A DNA stretch of 61,490 nucleotides, the filler included. It is 3 parts of 3 records of this genome, joined end to end, with 100 filler letters (N's around TTAATTAATTAA, not from the genome) between each part and the next. Parts side by side here need not be neighbours in the genome. Positions count along the whole stretch, not along the records: positions 1 to 31,268 come from SRR22947725_564; positions 31,369 to 54,287 come from SRR22947725_569; 1 more part is not named here. One strand, written 5' to 3'. The position numbers and the translations under genes are program-made. Shown in pieces: positions 20,486-31,505 of the stretch; position 1 is the stretch's first letter; each line of letters opens with the position of its first letter. Below the pieces are notes generated by a model. It was not told the DNA's origin. It ran no database searches and worked only from the letters and a program-made list of their open reading frames with translations.

Positions 20486-22776
20486 TGGCAACATTTACAA
20501 AATCTTTGGAAAAATCAATCTCTAATGCTTTTGCATTAGCTACTGAGAAAAATCATCAATATGTAACTTTAGAACACTTGCTTTTTTCGCTAATGGATGA
20601 AGAAGATGCTGTTAATGTTATGAAAGCTTGCAGTGTTGATATTGGTTTATTAAGAGAAAACTTAGAACATTATATAGATCACGAGCTTGATAATATTATA
20701 AACTCTGAGAAATTATCTGACCCACAACCTACAGCTGGTTTTCAAAGAGTCATTCAAAGATCAATTGTACATGTTCAGTCTTCAGGAAAGTCAGAAGTTA
20801 CGGGTGCTAACATATTAGTCTCTCTTTTTGCTGAGAGAGAAAGTCATGCAACTTATTTTTTACAAGAACAAGAGGTAACTAGATACGATGTTGTCAATTT
20901 TATATCTCATGGTATTACAAAAATAGAAAATTTTTCTTACACTGAAAATTTAGATCCAAATCAAAAAATTGGTAGCAAAACAAATGAGAAAACAGCACTT
21001 GATAATTTTTGTGTAAACTTAAACCTTAAAGCATCGGCAAATAAGATTGATACATTGATTGGCAGGGATGAAGAAGTTAATCGAATGGCTCAAATACTTT
21101 GTCGTAGAACTAAAAATAACCCATTGTTAGTAGGTGATCCTGGTGTTGGTAAAACTGCAATTGTAGAAGGATTAGCTAAAAGAATATTTAATAATAATGT
21201 TCCAGAACCATTAAAAGATTCTACAATTTTTTCTTTAGATCTTGGTTCGTTACTGGCTGGAACAAGATATAGGGGTGATTTTGAAGAAAGGTTAAAAACA
21301 ATTATTAATGAGATAGAGGGTAACGAGAATTACATACTTTTTATAGATGAAATTCATACTTTGGTAGGTGCGGGAACAACAACTGGAAATTCAATGGATG
21401 CTGCAAATATGCTAAAACCTGCTCTGCAATCAGGCAAGATTAAATGTATCGGATCTACAACGTTTAATGAATATCGTTCTAACTTTGAAAAGGATAGAGC
21501 CCTTCAAAGAAGATTTCAAAAAATTGACGTTCCAGAACCATCTGTGGAAGAAGCTTATAAGATTATGTTTGGGCTAAGAGAAAAATATGAAGAGTATCAT
21601 AGTGTCAAATATAGTGACGAAGCAGTTAGAGCATCTGTTGATTTGTCTACTAAATATATCGGTAATAAGAGACTGCCTGACAAATCTATCGATATCTTAG
21701 ATGAATTAGGAGCCTTTGAAAATTTAAAACCAAAAAAAGATAGAAAGCAATTACTGGATGAAAATGACATCGAACATATCGTATCAAAAATTACAAAAAT
21801 ACCAGAAAAAAGTATTACGGCCAATGACAGGTATTATTTAAAAGATTTAGATAAAAATTTAAAAAGATTAATATACGGGCAGGATCATGCGGTAGATGCA
21901 TTATGTTCTTCAATTAAATTATCCAGATCGGGTTTGCGCAACCCTGAAAAAACAATTGGAAATTATCTATTTAATGGTCCAACAGGTGTTGGCAAAACTG
22001 AACTTGCTAAGCAATTATCCAAAACTTTAGGAGTTGAACTTGTAAGGTTTGACATGTCTGAATTCAGTGAGAAGCACACTATTTCAAAATTAATTGGATC
22101 ACCCCCTGGCTATGTTGGTTTTGATCAAGGTGGACAGTTATCTGAATCGATAGAGAAGAATCCTTACTGTGTTTTATTAATCGATGAAATTGAAAAAGCA
22201 CATCCTGATATTTTTAACATTCTTCTTCAAATAATGGATTATGGAAAATTAAAAGATCAGAATGGAAAAAATGTAGATTTTAGAAATGTTATTTTAATAT
22301 TAACAAGTAATATTGGCGCTTCCCAACTTGAAAAAGATCAAATTGGATTTTCTACGAAAAAAAATGATACAATAGATCAAGAGACTATCAATAAAGTCTT
22401 TAGCCCCGAATTTAGAAATAGATTAGATTCTATCATAAGCTTTAATCGATTGGACAAGACTATTATTAAGCAGATTGTAAGTAAATTTATTCTAGAATTA
22501 GAAACTCAGCTTAATGCAAGGGATGTAGTAATCGAATTATCCAATTCAGCAAATGATTTAATTTGTGAGAAAGGATATTCTCTTACAATGGGTGCTAGAC
22601 CAATCTCTAGATATATAGATGAGCATATAAAAAAAATATTAGCTGACGAAATTATTCACGGTAAACTTATTGATGGTGGACATGTTAAGGTAGATGTTAA
22701 AGATGAAAAAATAGTTTTTAACTATAAAAAATTTTCTAAATCTGAAAAACCAGAAAAAGTTTTAGGTAAAAATTAA
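20485..22776 (+). CDS. clpA: ATP-dependent Clp protease ATPase subunit ClpA
   Basis: TLEHLL N-domain, two Walker A (GDPGVGKT, GPTGVGKT), no ClpB coiled coil, IGF loop. Confidence 0.96.
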   Translation: MATFTKSLEKSISNAFALATEKNHQYVTLEHLLFSLMDEEDAVNVMKACSVDIGLLRENLEHYIDHELDNIINSEKLSDPQPTAGFQRVIQRSIVHVQSSGKSEVTGANILVSLFAERESHATYFLQEQEVTRYDVVNFISHGITKIENFSYTENLDPNQKIGSKTNEKTALDNFCVNLNLKASANKIDTLIGRDEEVNRMAQILCRRTKNNPLLVGDPGVGKTAIVEGLAKRIFNNNVPEPLKDSTIFSLDLGSLLAGTRYRGDFEERLKTIINEIEGNENYILFIDEIHTLVGAGTTTGNSMDAANMLKPALQSGKIKCIGSTTFNEYRSNFEKDRALQRRFQKIDVPEPSVEEAYKIMFGLREKYEEYHSVKYSDEAVRASVDLSTKYIGNKRLPDKSIDILDELGAFENLKPKKDRKQLLDENDIEHIVSKITKIPEKSITANDRYYLKDLDKNLKRLIYGQDHAVDALCSSIKLSRSGLRNPEKTIGNYLFNGPTGVGKTELAKQLSKTLGVELVRFDMSEFSEKHTISKLIGSPPGYVGFDQGGQLSESIEKNPYCVLLIDEIEKAHPDIFNILLQIMDYGKLKDQNGKNVDFRNVILILTSNIGASQLEKDQIGFSTKKNDTIDQETINKVFSPEFRNRLDSIISFNRLDKTIIKQIVSKFILELETQLNARDVVIELSNSANDLICEKGYSLTMGARPISRYIDEHIKKILADEIIHGKLIDGGHVKVDVKDEKIVFNYKKFSKSEKPEKVLGKN

Positions 22777-23228
22777 ATTTCAAATATTGTTTCGATTTCA
22801 ACAGCCGCATTTAAAGGTAGACTGTTAACGCCAACTACTACTCTAGTATGTTTTCCTTTTTCACCAAGTAATTCAACAATTAAATTAGAGGCAGTATTTA
22901 AAATTTTTGGATGATCTTTGAAGTCTTTGGCGCAGTTATAGTATCCAGTTATTTTTATACATTTTTTTATCAAATTTAAATTGCCCAAAGCTTTTTTAAG
23001 CTGCCCCAAGACATTCAGGATAGCAATCTTTGTTGCAATTTCAGCACTTTTAACATCCAAATCCAAGCCTATTTTACCTTCAATAATTTTACCGTTTGTA
23101 TCAATAGGGAGTTGACCTGAAATAAAAATTAAGTTTCCACTTTTCACAAAGGGTAAGTAATTTCCTACAGGATCTGGAGCATTTGGTATCTCAATATTTA
23201 ATTTTTTAATATTGTCTTCTACTGACAT
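22773..23228 (-). CDS. RidA/YjgF-family protein
   Basis: PVGNY, ISGQLP, HTRVVVGV..LP.NAAVEIE. Confidence 0.88.
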   Translation of the reverse strand: MSVEDNIKKLNIEIPNAPDPVGNYLPFVKSGNLIFISGQLPIDTNGKIIEGKIGLDLDVKSAEIATKIAILNVLGQLKKALGNLNLIKKCIKITGYYNCAKDFKDHPKILNTASNLIVELLGEKGKHTRVVVGVNSLPLNAAVEIETIFEI

Positions 23229-25792
23229 TAATTCTTCTTTTTTGTTTTTTTAACTTTTTTTGTTTTTTTTACTTTTTTCCCTTTTTTTTGTGCGTCGTAT
23301 TCGAGACGTTTATCGATATAAACTAAAGCCTCTTCCATTGTAATGTCATTTGGATCTTTATCATCAGGTATTGTAGCATTAATTGTTTTATATTTAATAT
23401 AAGGACCAAATTGTCCTTTCATAACTTTTACTGGCTTTTTATCTTCTGGATGCTCTCCTAAGTTTTTAATTTCGTTAGATGTTCTTCTCCCTGGTTTTGC
23501 TTCAGCAATTAACGTTATAGCTTTATTTAATCCAATGGAGAAAATATCCTCTGGGGCTTCTAATGTTGCGGATTTATTTGAACACTTAACATATGGACCA
23601 AATCTTCCATTGTTAAGTGTGATATCTTCATTATTTTCAGGATATTTACCCAGTATTTTTGGCAAACCTGATAAAAATTTTGCTTTATTGAGATCTATAT
23701 CATTTGGTGAAATTCCTTTTGGTATAGAAAAGTTTTTCATTTCTTTTTCTTCATTACCAACTTGCAAATAGGGTCCAAATCTTCCTTTTTTCAATATTAT
23801 TTTTTTGTCATCATCAGTTACTCCAATGTCCTTAGGTTCAGACATAAAGTCTTCTTGTGCCGCTTTTATTTTTGACAACGGTCTTGTAAATTTACATTCT
23901 GGATAACTTGAACAACCTATAAAGGCACCAAATCTTCCAACCTTTAAACTTAATTCACCTCCACACTGACATTTTCTTAAAACATTATTATCTTGGTCCT
24001 TATCAAATATAATGTCTGCTAAACTTTCATTTAACATATCTAAAATTGTTCTTGTTCTTAACTCTTTAACTTCATTAACATTGGAGTTAAACTGGTTCCA
24101 AAATTGGCTCAATACATCAATCCATTTTATTTTACCTGATGTGATATCGTCTAAACTATCCTCTAATTTTGCAGTAAAATTGTAATCGACATATTTATTA
24201 AAAAGCTTATCTAAAAATGCAGTAATTAACTTCCCTCTATCTGTTGGGATAAATTTTTTATTTATAAGCTCTACATAATTTCTGGTTGATAAGACTGAAA
24301 TAATACTTGCGTAGGTCGAAGGTCTTCCAATGCCTAATTCTTCTAGCCTTTTTACAAGACTAGCCTCTGAATATCTTGGTGGTGGATTGGTAAAATGTTG
24401 CTCATCTATTATTTGATTTAAACTTAATTCATCACCACTATTTACATTTGGCAGAATATTATCCTCATCTTCATTATCTTCTTTTTTTTCATCATCTTCT
24501 TTTGTTTCTTGATAAAGTTTAAGATAGCCATCAAATTTTTGAATGGATCCATTAGCTCTAAACGTAATAGATTTTTCTACATTGCTTATATCGATTGAGG
24601 TTCTTTCAAATTCAGCCGATTCCATTTGAGAGGATACAGTTCTATTCCATATTAATTCATAAAGTCTCATTTGGTCACGATCTAAAATAGACTTTAGAGA
24701 GCTTGGTTCTCTATGAATATCAGTGGGCCTAATAGCTTCATGGGCTTCTTGAGCATTTTTTGCTTTTTTTCCACTATAATTTCTTGGTTGATCCGGTAGA
24801 TAATTTTTTCCAATTTTATTTTCTATATAACTCCTGCATGTTTGTAAGGCTTCATTTGATATTTGAGTCCCATCAGTCCTCATATAGGTAATCAGCCCGA
24901 CAGTTTCTCCATCAATTTCAAAACCTTGATATAATCTTTGGGCAACTTGCATTGTTCTAGATGCACCAAAACCAAGTTTTTTTGATGCTTCTTGCTGCAT
25001 TGTAGATGTTGTAAATGGTGCATATGGATTTCTTTTATAAGGTTTTTTTTCTATTTGAATTATTTTAAAACTGTGTTTTTTTATTTCTTCAACAGCTGAT
25101 TTTGTCTGCTCTTCATTTTTAAAATAAAATTTGTCTACTTTTTCTGAATTAAAAATAGTAATTTTTGTTTTTAAATCTTTATTATCTTTATTTTTAAAAA
25201 AAGATTGTATGGTCCAGTATTCTTCTGGTTTGAAGAGTTCAATTTCATTTTCCCTTTGAACTATTAATTTGAGCGCAACCGATTGTACTCTTCCAGCCGA
25301 TTTGGAACCGGGTAATTTTGTCCATAAAATTGGAGATATGTTAAATCCTACTAAATAATCAAGAGCTCTTCTAGCCATGTAAGCATCGACTAATTCTGTA
25401 TTAATTTCTCTTGGATTATCAATTCCATTTTGCACAGCTCTTTTTGTGATCTCATTAAACACTACTCTTTCAACTTTTTTGTCTTTAAGTAATTTTTTAT
25501 CATCAAGTATATTTTTTACATGCCAAGCAATTGCTTCACCTTCACGGTCAGGATCTGTAGCTAAAATTATTTTCTCACAATCTTTTGCTGCATCATAAAT
25601 TTCTTTTAGAGGCTTTTTTGAACCTGGATCTATTTCCCATGTCATATTAAAATTATTTTCAGTATCAACCGAACCATTTTTAGATGGCAGGTCTCTCACA
25701 TGACCATAACTTGCTAAAACAATATAGTTTTCACCAAGGTATTTGTTTATCGTTTTGGCTTTAGCGGGACTTTCTACAATCACTAAATTCAT
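23228..25792 (-). CDS. topA: DNA topoisomerase I
   Basis: VESPAKAKTI, ATDPDREGEAI, SAGRVQS, ITYMRTD, QEAHEAIRPT; Zn-ribbon remnant plus three G(R/Q)FGPY repeats and Lys tail. Confidence 0.98.
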   Translation of the reverse strand: MNLVIVESPAKAKTINKYLGENYIVLASYGHVRDLPSKNGSVDTENNFNMTWEIDPGSKKPLKEIYDAAKDCEKIILATDPDREGEAIAWHVKNILDDKKLLKDKKVERVVFNEITKRAVQNGIDNPREINTELVDAYMARRALDYLVGFNISPILWTKLPGSKSAGRVQSVALKLIVQRENEIELFKPEEYWTIQSFFKNKDNKDLKTKITIFNSEKVDKFYFKNEEQTKSAVEEIKKHSFKIIQIEKKPYKRNPYAPFTTSTMQQEASKKLGFGASRTMQVAQRLYQGFEIDGETVGLITYMRTDGTQISNEALQTCRSYIENKIGKNYLPDQPRNYSGKKAKNAQEAHEAIRPTDIHREPSSLKSILDRDQMRLYELIWNRTVSSQMESAEFERTSIDISNVEKSITFRANGSIQKFDGYLKLYQETKEDDEKKEDNEDEDNILPNVNSGDELSLNQIIDEQHFTNPPPRYSEASLVKRLEELGIGRPSTYASIISVLSTRNYVELINKKFIPTDRGKLITAFLDKLFNKYVDYNFTAKLEDSLDDITSGKIKWIDVLSQFWNQFNSNVNEVKELRTRTILDMLNESLADIIFDKDQDNNVLRKCQCGGELSLKVGRFGAFIGCSSYPECKFTRPLSKIKAAQEDFMSEPKDIGVTDDDKKIILKKGRFGPYLQVGNEEKEMKNFSIPKGISPNDIDLNKAKFLSGLPKILGKYPENNEDITLNNGRFGPYVKCSNKSATLEAPEDIFSIGLNKAITLIAEAKPGRRTSNEIKNLGEHPEDKKPVKVMKGQFGPYIKYKTINATIPDDKDPNDITMEEALVYIDKRLEYDAQKKGKKVKKTKKVKKTKKKN

Positions 25793-25864
25793 AGTGAAAA
25801 TTTACTCTCAAATATTATGGGAATTGTCAATTTAATGTTTTTTAAAAGTTATAAAATGGTGTTT

Positions 25865-26443
25865 TTATTTAGTTTTTATTTTACTTTCTTCGCCAGAAAC
25901 AATTCGTCTTATATTATCTCTATGAGTATAGACACTAAAAACGGTAAAGAAAAATATTAATAAAGTTAAATTTAAATTGTAAAAAATAAGCGTTGTAAGT
26001 AAAGTTACAACAAATGCAATAATTGCTGATAGAGATGAGATTTTAAAAACTTTAGCTACTATCAACCAAGTTATTAAAAAAACTAAACCTAAAATATAAT
26101 TTATAACTAATATCCCGCCAATAAAAGTAGCTACACCTTTCCCACCTTTAAATTTTAACCAGACTGGAAATATATGACCTAAATATACAATTAAAAAAGA
26201 TAACAAATTATATTCTTGATAAAATTTATTTGTAATAAGAACAGCTAAGCTTCCTTTGGTAATATCAGACAATAGTGTATATACCGCTACTTGTTTATTT
26301 CCTGTTCTCAAAACATTGGTTGCCCCAATATTACCAGATCCAATTTTTCTAATGTCTTCTATGCCTGCAATTTTAGTATAGATAAGACCAAAAGGAATAC
26401 TGCCTAACAAGTACGAATAAAAAATAACTATAAATAAATCCAT
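25865..26443 (-). CDS. plsY: Glycerol-3-phosphate acyltransferase PlsY
   Basis: YLLGSIPFG, GSGNIGATNVLR, GHIFPV.LKFKGGKGVAT, HRDNIRR. Confidence 0.96.
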   Translation of the reverse strand: MDLFIVIFYSYLLGSIPFGLIYTKIAGIEDIRKIGSGNIGATNVLRTGNKQVAVYTLLSDITKGSLAVLITNKFYQEYNLLSFLIVYLGHIFPVWLKFKGGKGVATFIGGILVINYILGLVFLITWLIVAKVFKISSLSAIIAFVVTLLTTLIFYNLNLTLLIFFFTVFSVYTHRDNIRRIVSGEESKIKTK

Positions 26444-27726
26444 TAAATTTCAAAAACTAATTTTCCATTTAAAAAAGTTTTTTCTACCTTGCCCTGCAAT
26501 TTTTTGTTTTCAATAGCTGTATTCTTTGATTTAGATTTCATATTTTCTCTTTTTACAACCCAAGGTTTTTCCAAATCTAGAATTGCAATATCTGCAGGTT
26601 TGCCCGGCTCAAGAGAACCTCCATTAATCCCGAAAATCTTTGCAGGATTTTCAGTCAGACATTTAATTATAGTTTTGAGTTCTAAATTTCCATTATGATA
26701 CTGTTCAAGAGCTAGTGAAAGAAATGTTTCTATGCCAGAAGCTCCACTAGCACATTTTTGAAATGTTAATCTTTTAGACTCTTCATCTTCGGGTTTGTGG
26801 TCTGAAACAATAATATCTATTATCCCTTCTTTAATTCCATCAACAAGTTTAAGCCTATCATCTTCTTTTCTAAGGGGAGGGGAAAGTTTTAGAAATGTTT
26901 TAAATTCTCCGATATCATTTTCATTGAGTGACAAATGGTTAATAGAAACACCACTTGTAAATGTTAAATCTCTTTTTTTCCAATCTTTTATTATTTCAAG
27001 AGATTTTCCAGATGAAAGTAAAGAAATATGGTATTTAGATTGGTACTGACTTAATAATCTTAAATCTCTTTCTATGATAATGTGCTCAGCATATTCTGGT
27101 ATCCCTTTTAAACCTAATTTAGTTGCTATTAACCCATCATTAATAACTCCATTTTTAGATAATGCATTGTCTTGAGGAAACTGAACAATTAAAGCATCTT
27201 GGTTTTTTGCGTAATTAAAAATTTTATCCATTACGTCATTATTTTGAACACTTTTAATACCATCGGTAAAACCTAAGGCCCCACTAAGTTTTAAAAGTCC
27301 AAATTCGCTTATTTCTGTACCTTCAATATTTTTTGTTAATGATGCTAGAGAATAAATTTTTATTAAAGATTTATCTCTAGCTCTTCTTTTAATAAAATCA
27401 AAAGTAGAAACATCGTCGATTATAGGATCGGTATTTGGCATTGTAACAACCGAGGTAACTCCACCTGAAATGGCAGCTTGACTTAATGTTCTATAATTTT
27501 CTTTGTATTCATATCCTGGCTCACCCACAAAAACTCTTGCGTCGATGATTCCAGGTATTGCTAATTTATTTTTACAATCATAAATTTTGGACTCACCAAC
27601 TGTATCTTTGGTTACGTTTTTTCCACAAGCTTCGATTAGTCCTTTTTCGTTTATTAAAATTCCTCCAACTTCATCTAGATTGTTTTTTGTATCAATTATT
27701 CGAGCATTAAGAATAGCTAATTTCAT
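26443..27726 (-). CDS. Dihydroorotase homolog, probably the inactive PyrC' partner of aspartate carbamoyltransferase
   Basis: Amidohydrolase motifs (MPNTDP, PPLR, SDHKP) but HxH replaced by [10 protein letters not shown]; overlaps pyrB stop. Confidence 0.85.
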   Translation of the reverse strand: MKLAILNARIIDTKNNLDEVGGILINEKGLIEACGKNVTKDTVGESKIYDCKNKLAIPGIIDARVFVGEPGYEYKENYRTLSQAAISGGVTSVVTMPNTDPIIDDVSTFDFIKRRARDKSLIKIYSLASLTKNIEGTEISEFGLLKLSGALGFTDGIKSVQNNDVMDKIFNYAKNQDALIVQFPQDNALSKNGVINDGLIATKLGLKGIPEYAEHIIIERDLRLLSQYQSKYHISLLSSGKSLEIIKDWKKRDLTFTSGVSINHLSLNENDIGEFKTFLKLSPPLRKEDDRLKLVDGIKEGIIDIIVSDHKPEDEESKRLTFQKCASGASGIETFLSLALEQYHNGNLELKTIIKCLTENPAKIFGINGGSLEPGKPADIAILDLEKPWVVKRENMKSKSKNTAIENKKLQGKVEKTFLNGKLVFEI

Positions 27727-28676
27727 ATTTGATTTTCCATCAGAATTTTAAGACAGGCCATTCTAACCGCAACTCCCATTTCGACTTGTTGGACAATGAT
27801 ACTTCTATTAATATCATCAGCAAGAGAGGCATCAATTTCAATACCTCTGTTCATTGGTCCAGGGTGCATAATTAATGCATTTTCTTTTGCATGCTTGATT
27901 TTTTTGTAATCTAGAGCAAAAAATTCATAGTATTCTCTCGTTGAGGGGATGTAAGATCCATCCATTCTTTCTAGTTGCATCCTTAACATCATAATTATAT
28001 CGACATCTTTAAGACCGTCTTCCATATTTGTAAAAACTTTCACTCCAAATTGACTAATTTCTTTTGGCATAAGTGTACTCGGAGCAATTACTCTTACTTC
28101 TGCTCCCATCATGGTAAGAAGATAAATATTTGATCTAGCGACCCTTGAGTGCATAATATCTCCACAAATTGCAATCTTTAGACCTTCAATTTTTCCTATT
28201 TTCATTTTTATAGTCATTGCATCAAGCAAAGCCTGTGTGGGGTGCTCTCTCCAACCATCCCCAGCATTAATTACTGAGCAGTTTACTTTTCTAGAAAGTA
28301 AATTTGCAGCACCTGAATCTCCATGCCTTATAACCAGGATATCTGGGTGCATTGCATTTAATGTCATTGCAGTATCAATTAAAGTTTCACCTTTTTTAAT
28401 TGCTGAATTAGATACATTCATATTCATAACATCAGCTCCAAGCCTTTTTCCCGCTAATTCAAAAGATGACAATGTTCTAGTAGAACTTTCAAAAAATAAA
28501 TTAATTTGCGTTTTACCTTTTAATAAATTTAATTTTTTATTTTCTTTTCTATTGAGTTCTACAAAAGATTGACTTTCGTTAAGTATATGAACAATTTCTG
28601 GAATAGATAAATCTTGAATACCTAGAAGGTGCTTCTTTTCATATTTAACAGCTTGTTTAGTTTTGAATAAAGCCAT
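27723..28676 (-). CDS. pyrB: Aspartate carbamoyltransferase catalytic subunit
   Basis: [40 protein letters not shown]. Confidence 0.97.
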   Translation of the reverse strand: MALFKTKQAVKYEKKHLLGIQDLSIPEIVHILNESQSFVELNRKENKKLNLLKGKTQINLFFESSTRTLSSFELAGKRLGADVMNMNVSNSAIKKGETLIDTAMTLNAMHPDILVIRHGDSGAANLLSRKVNCSVINAGDGWREHPTQALLDAMTIKMKIGKIEGLKIAICGDIMHSRVARSNIYLLTMMGAEVRVIAPSTLMPKEISQFGVKVFTNMEDGLKDVDIIMMLRMQLERMDGSYIPSTREYYEFFALDYKKIKHAKENALIMHPGPMNRGIEIDASLADDINRSIIVQQVEMGVAVRMACLKILMENQI

Positions 28677-28716
28677 TAAAACCAGTCTAATAGGCTTATT
28701 TTATAAAAAGGGCAAG

Positions 28717-29187
28717 CTATTTATTTAAATAATCCAAATAACCTTGGAGAATAAAGGCAGCAGCATGCTGGTCTAGTTTGGCTGTTTTTTTGGAAGAGTT
28801 AATCTCTAATTCTTCCATCATGGTAAAAGCTCCTTCGCTTGATAGCCTTTCGTCCCACAAAGTAATTGGTAATTTTGTAACCATTGAAAGATTATGTGCA
28901 AAATCTCTAGCAGATTGTGATCTTGGCCCATTGGTCCCATCCATATTGATCGGATTACCAATCACTATTCCTTTGATATCATAGTCCATTATAATTTTGT
29001 TAAGATCTTGTATGAATTTTTTAAATTTTTTCATTACTATAATAGTTAGTGGTGTTGCAATTTTTTGATTTGGATCACTTATAGACAGACCTATATTTTT
29101 TTTACCAGGATCTATTCCTAGTATTCTAGAATTTTTTCCAACTTTGACAGGAAAGTTTGCGTTATCGCAAAGGTTGATAGTTTCCAT
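28717..29187 (-). CDS. yqgF: YqgF/RuvX pre-16S rRNA nuclease
   Basis: LGIDPGKKNIG, WDERLSS, LDQHAAAFILQ. Confidence 0.93.
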   Translation of the reverse strand: METINLCDNANFPVKVGKNSRILGIDPGKKNIGLSISDPNQKIATPLTIIVMKKFKKFIQDLNKIIMDYDIKGIVIGNPINMDGTNGPRSQSARDFAHNLSMVTKLPITLWDERLSSEGAFTMMEELEINSSKKTAKLDQHAAAFILQGYLDYLNK

Positions 29188-29224
29188 TAAAGTGCTATTT
29201 TACCGCAAATTTTATCAAAGTCTA

Positions 29225-29512
29225 ATGGCAATTACCAAAGATACAGTAAAAAAGATTTCAAAACTATCAAGAATAGCTTCAAACGATCAATTTGAAGAGA
29301 ATATGATAAAAGACTTAAATTCAATCTTAAAATTCGTTGAACAACTTAATGAAGTTAAAATTGATTCAATAGAGCCATTAGCATCAACTGTGGATCAAGA
29401 AATCATTAAAAGAGAAGATGCTGTTAAAAAAATGAACGACAAAAATCAAATATTATCGAATTCTCCAACTGATAATAAAGATTTTTATGTAGTTCCAAAG
29501 GTTATTGAGTAA
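29225..29512 (+). CDS. gatC: Asp/Glu-tRNA amidotransferase subunit C
   Basis: [17 protein letters not shown]...FYVVPKVIE; start moved to ATG 29225 to avoid overlap with yqgF. Confidence 0.92.
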   Translation: MAITKDTVKKISKLSRIASNDQFEENMIKDLNSILKFVEQLNEVKIDSIEPLASTVDQEIIKREDAVKKMNDKNQILSNSPTDNKDFYVVPKVIE

Positions 29513-30972
29513 TGAGCGAAATATATCAACTCAGCCTTTCTGAACTTGTAGATAAAATAAAATCAAAAGAGCTTTCATGCGAAGATGCAGCTAAATCATA
29601 TATAGATAGGGCATCTAAATCAAAAAAATTAAATTGTTATATAGTAGATACTTTTGAAAACGCCTTAAGTAAAGCGAAAGAGCAGGATCAAAATTTTAAT
29701 GATAAACAAAAACTTTTTGGGGCTCCAATTGCTGTTAAAGATTTATTTTGTACCAAAGGAGTTCAGACTAGCGCTTCTAGCAAAATGTTGGAAGGTTTTA
29801 AGCCCGAATATGAATCAACTGTAACAAGTAAGCTATGGGAACATGGTGCAAATTTATTGGGTAAATTAAATTGTGATGAATATGCAATGGGTTCGTCAAA
29901 TGAAACAAGTTATTTTGGAAATGTAATTAACCCGTATAGAAATGATAAAGATTTAGTTCCAGGTGGATCCTCTGGAGGATCTGCATCTGCTGTTGCCGCA
30001 AACTTAACTGCAGCCACAGTTGGTACGGATACGGGCGGTTCTATTAGGCAGCCAGCATCATTTACTGGAATAGTTGGTTTAAAACCAACATACGGAAGAT
30101 GTTCTAGATGGGGGATTGTTGCTTTTGCTTCATCTCTTGATCAAGCAGGACCCATGAGCAAAACCGTTAAGGACTCAGCTTTAATGCTGGAAGTTATTTC
30201 AGGTCATGATGAAAAAGATTCAACTTCAGCAAAAAAAGAAACAGAGCCTTTTAGTCAAAAATTAACTTCAAATATAAAGGGATTAAAAATTGGAATACCT
30301 AAGGAATATAAAGTTGAAGGTATGCCTAAGCAAATTACAGATTTGTGGAACAAGGGTATAGAAATTTCTAAATCACTGGGTTGTGAAATTAAAGAAATAT
30401 CTTTGCCACATACAAAGTATGCTCTTCCAACATATTATATTATTGCACCAGCAGAAGCCTCATCCAATCTGGCTAGATATGATGGTGTTAGATATGGTTT
30501 TAGAGCAGAGGGAAAAGACTTGATTGAAATGTACGAAAATACAAGGGCAATGGGCTTTGGTGACGAAGTTAAAAGAAGAATATTGATAGGAACTTATGTG
30601 TTATCTTCTGGGTATTACGATGCATATTATTTAAAAGCCCAAAGAGTAAGAAGATTGATTAAAAATGATTTTGATGAAGCTTTTAAAGATGTTGATACAA
30701 TCTTGACACCAACCGCTCCATCATCAGCTTTTGCAATAGGTCAAAATGTAGATGATCCAATATCCATGTATTTAAATGATGTATTTACAGTGCCAACTAA
30801 TTTAGCGGGACTACCAGCTATATCAATTCCAGCTGGATACGATGAAAAAAACCTTCCGCTTGGTCTACAATTAATTGGAAAATCTTTTGATGAACAAACG
30901 ATATTAAATAATGCATACGCTATAGAGCAAAATATAAATTTCAAATCACAAGTAAAGGATTGGTGGATTTAA
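29512..30972 (+). CDS. gatA: Asp/Glu-tRNA amidotransferase subunit A
   Basis: [44 protein letters not shown]. Confidence 0.97.
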   Translation: MSEIYQLSLSELVDKIKSKELSCEDAAKSYIDRASKSKKLNCYIVDTFENALSKAKEQDQNFNDKQKLFGAPIAVKDLFCTKGVQTSASSKMLEGFKPEYESTVTSKLWEHGANLLGKLNCDEYAMGSSNETSYFGNVINPYRNDKDLVPGGSSGGSASAVAANLTAATVGTDTGGSIRQPASFTGIVGLKPTYGRCSRWGIVAFASSLDQAGPMSKTVKDSALMLEVISGHDEKDSTSAKKETEPFSQKLTSNIKGLKIGIPKEYKVEGMPKQITDLWNKGIEISKSLGCEIKEISLPHTKYALPTYYIIAPAEASSNLARYDGVRYGFRAEGKDLIEMYENTRAMGFGDEVKRRILIGTYVLSSGYYDAYYLKAQRVRRLIKNDFDEAFKDVDTILTPTAPSSAFAIGQNVDDPISMYLNDVFTVPTNLAGLPAISIPAGYDEKNLPLGLQLIGKSFDEQTILNNAYAIEQNINFKSQVKDWWI

Positions 30973-31268
30973 TGAGTGATAAGCAATTTGATTACTATTT
31001 AAAGGGCGAAAAAGGTGATTATGAAGTTGTTATCGGATTAGAAGTTCATGCACAAGTTTTGTCAGAGGCAAAATTATTTTCATCATCATCTACAAAATTT
31101 GGATCAGAACCTAATTCCCAAGTAAGCTTAGTAGATGCGGCAATGCCTGGGATGTTACCAGTGATAAATAAATTTTGTATTGAGCAAGCAGTTAAAACAG
31201 GACTTGGCTTAAATGCTAAAATTAACAATTTGTCAAAGTTTGATAGAAAAAATTATTTTTATGCAGAT
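30972..31268 (+). CDS. gatB: Asp/Glu-tRNA amidotransferase subunit B (3' truncated at contig end)
   Basis: [31 protein letters not shown] running into N spacer. Confidence 0.95.
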
Positions 31269-31368
31269 NNNNNNNNNNNNNNNNNNNNNNNNNNNNNNNN
31301 NNNNNNNNNNNNTTAATTAATTAANNNNNNNNNNNNNNNNNNNNNNNNNNNNNNNNNNNNNNNNNNNN
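31269..31368. other. Artificial contig-joining spacer
   Basis: 44 N + TTAATTAATTAA (stops in all six frames) + 44 N; both flanking genes truncated. Confidence 0.98.
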
Positions 31369-31477
31369 CAATTCCATTTTTACAACATTCTATTACAATT
31401 TCTGGCCCAGAAATTAAAAACATTGGGGCTGCAACTGCTGGAATGCTTAATTCATTTATAAATTGTGGTTTACTCAT
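31369..31477 (-). CDS. Nitronate monooxygenase-like flavoprotein, N-terminus only
   Basis: MSKPQFINELSIPAVAAPMFLISGPEIVIECCKNGI, typical NMO/FabK-superfamily start; cut by spacer. Confidence 0.75.
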
Positions 31478-31505
31478 TGTAAATATATTTAGTATAAATA
31501 TCCTA

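Noticed and set aside
25799-25830. topA promoter with perfect TTGACA (25825-25830, minus strand)
   Set aside because: No acceptable -10 hexamer at 16-18 bp spacing, so it is not supportable.
29144-29224. Long N-terminal extensions from the ORF track (gatC; also 36855-36896, 46155-46178, 51262-51321, 56314-56391)
   Set aside because: Upstream in-frame starts overlap neighbouring genes or promoter DNA; downstream ATGs match family N-termini.
31313-31324. TTAATTAATTAA palindrome repeated at 54332-54343 as a biological repeat or att site
   Set aside because: Centred in identical N runs and encodes stops in all six frames, so it is a synthetic joining linker.
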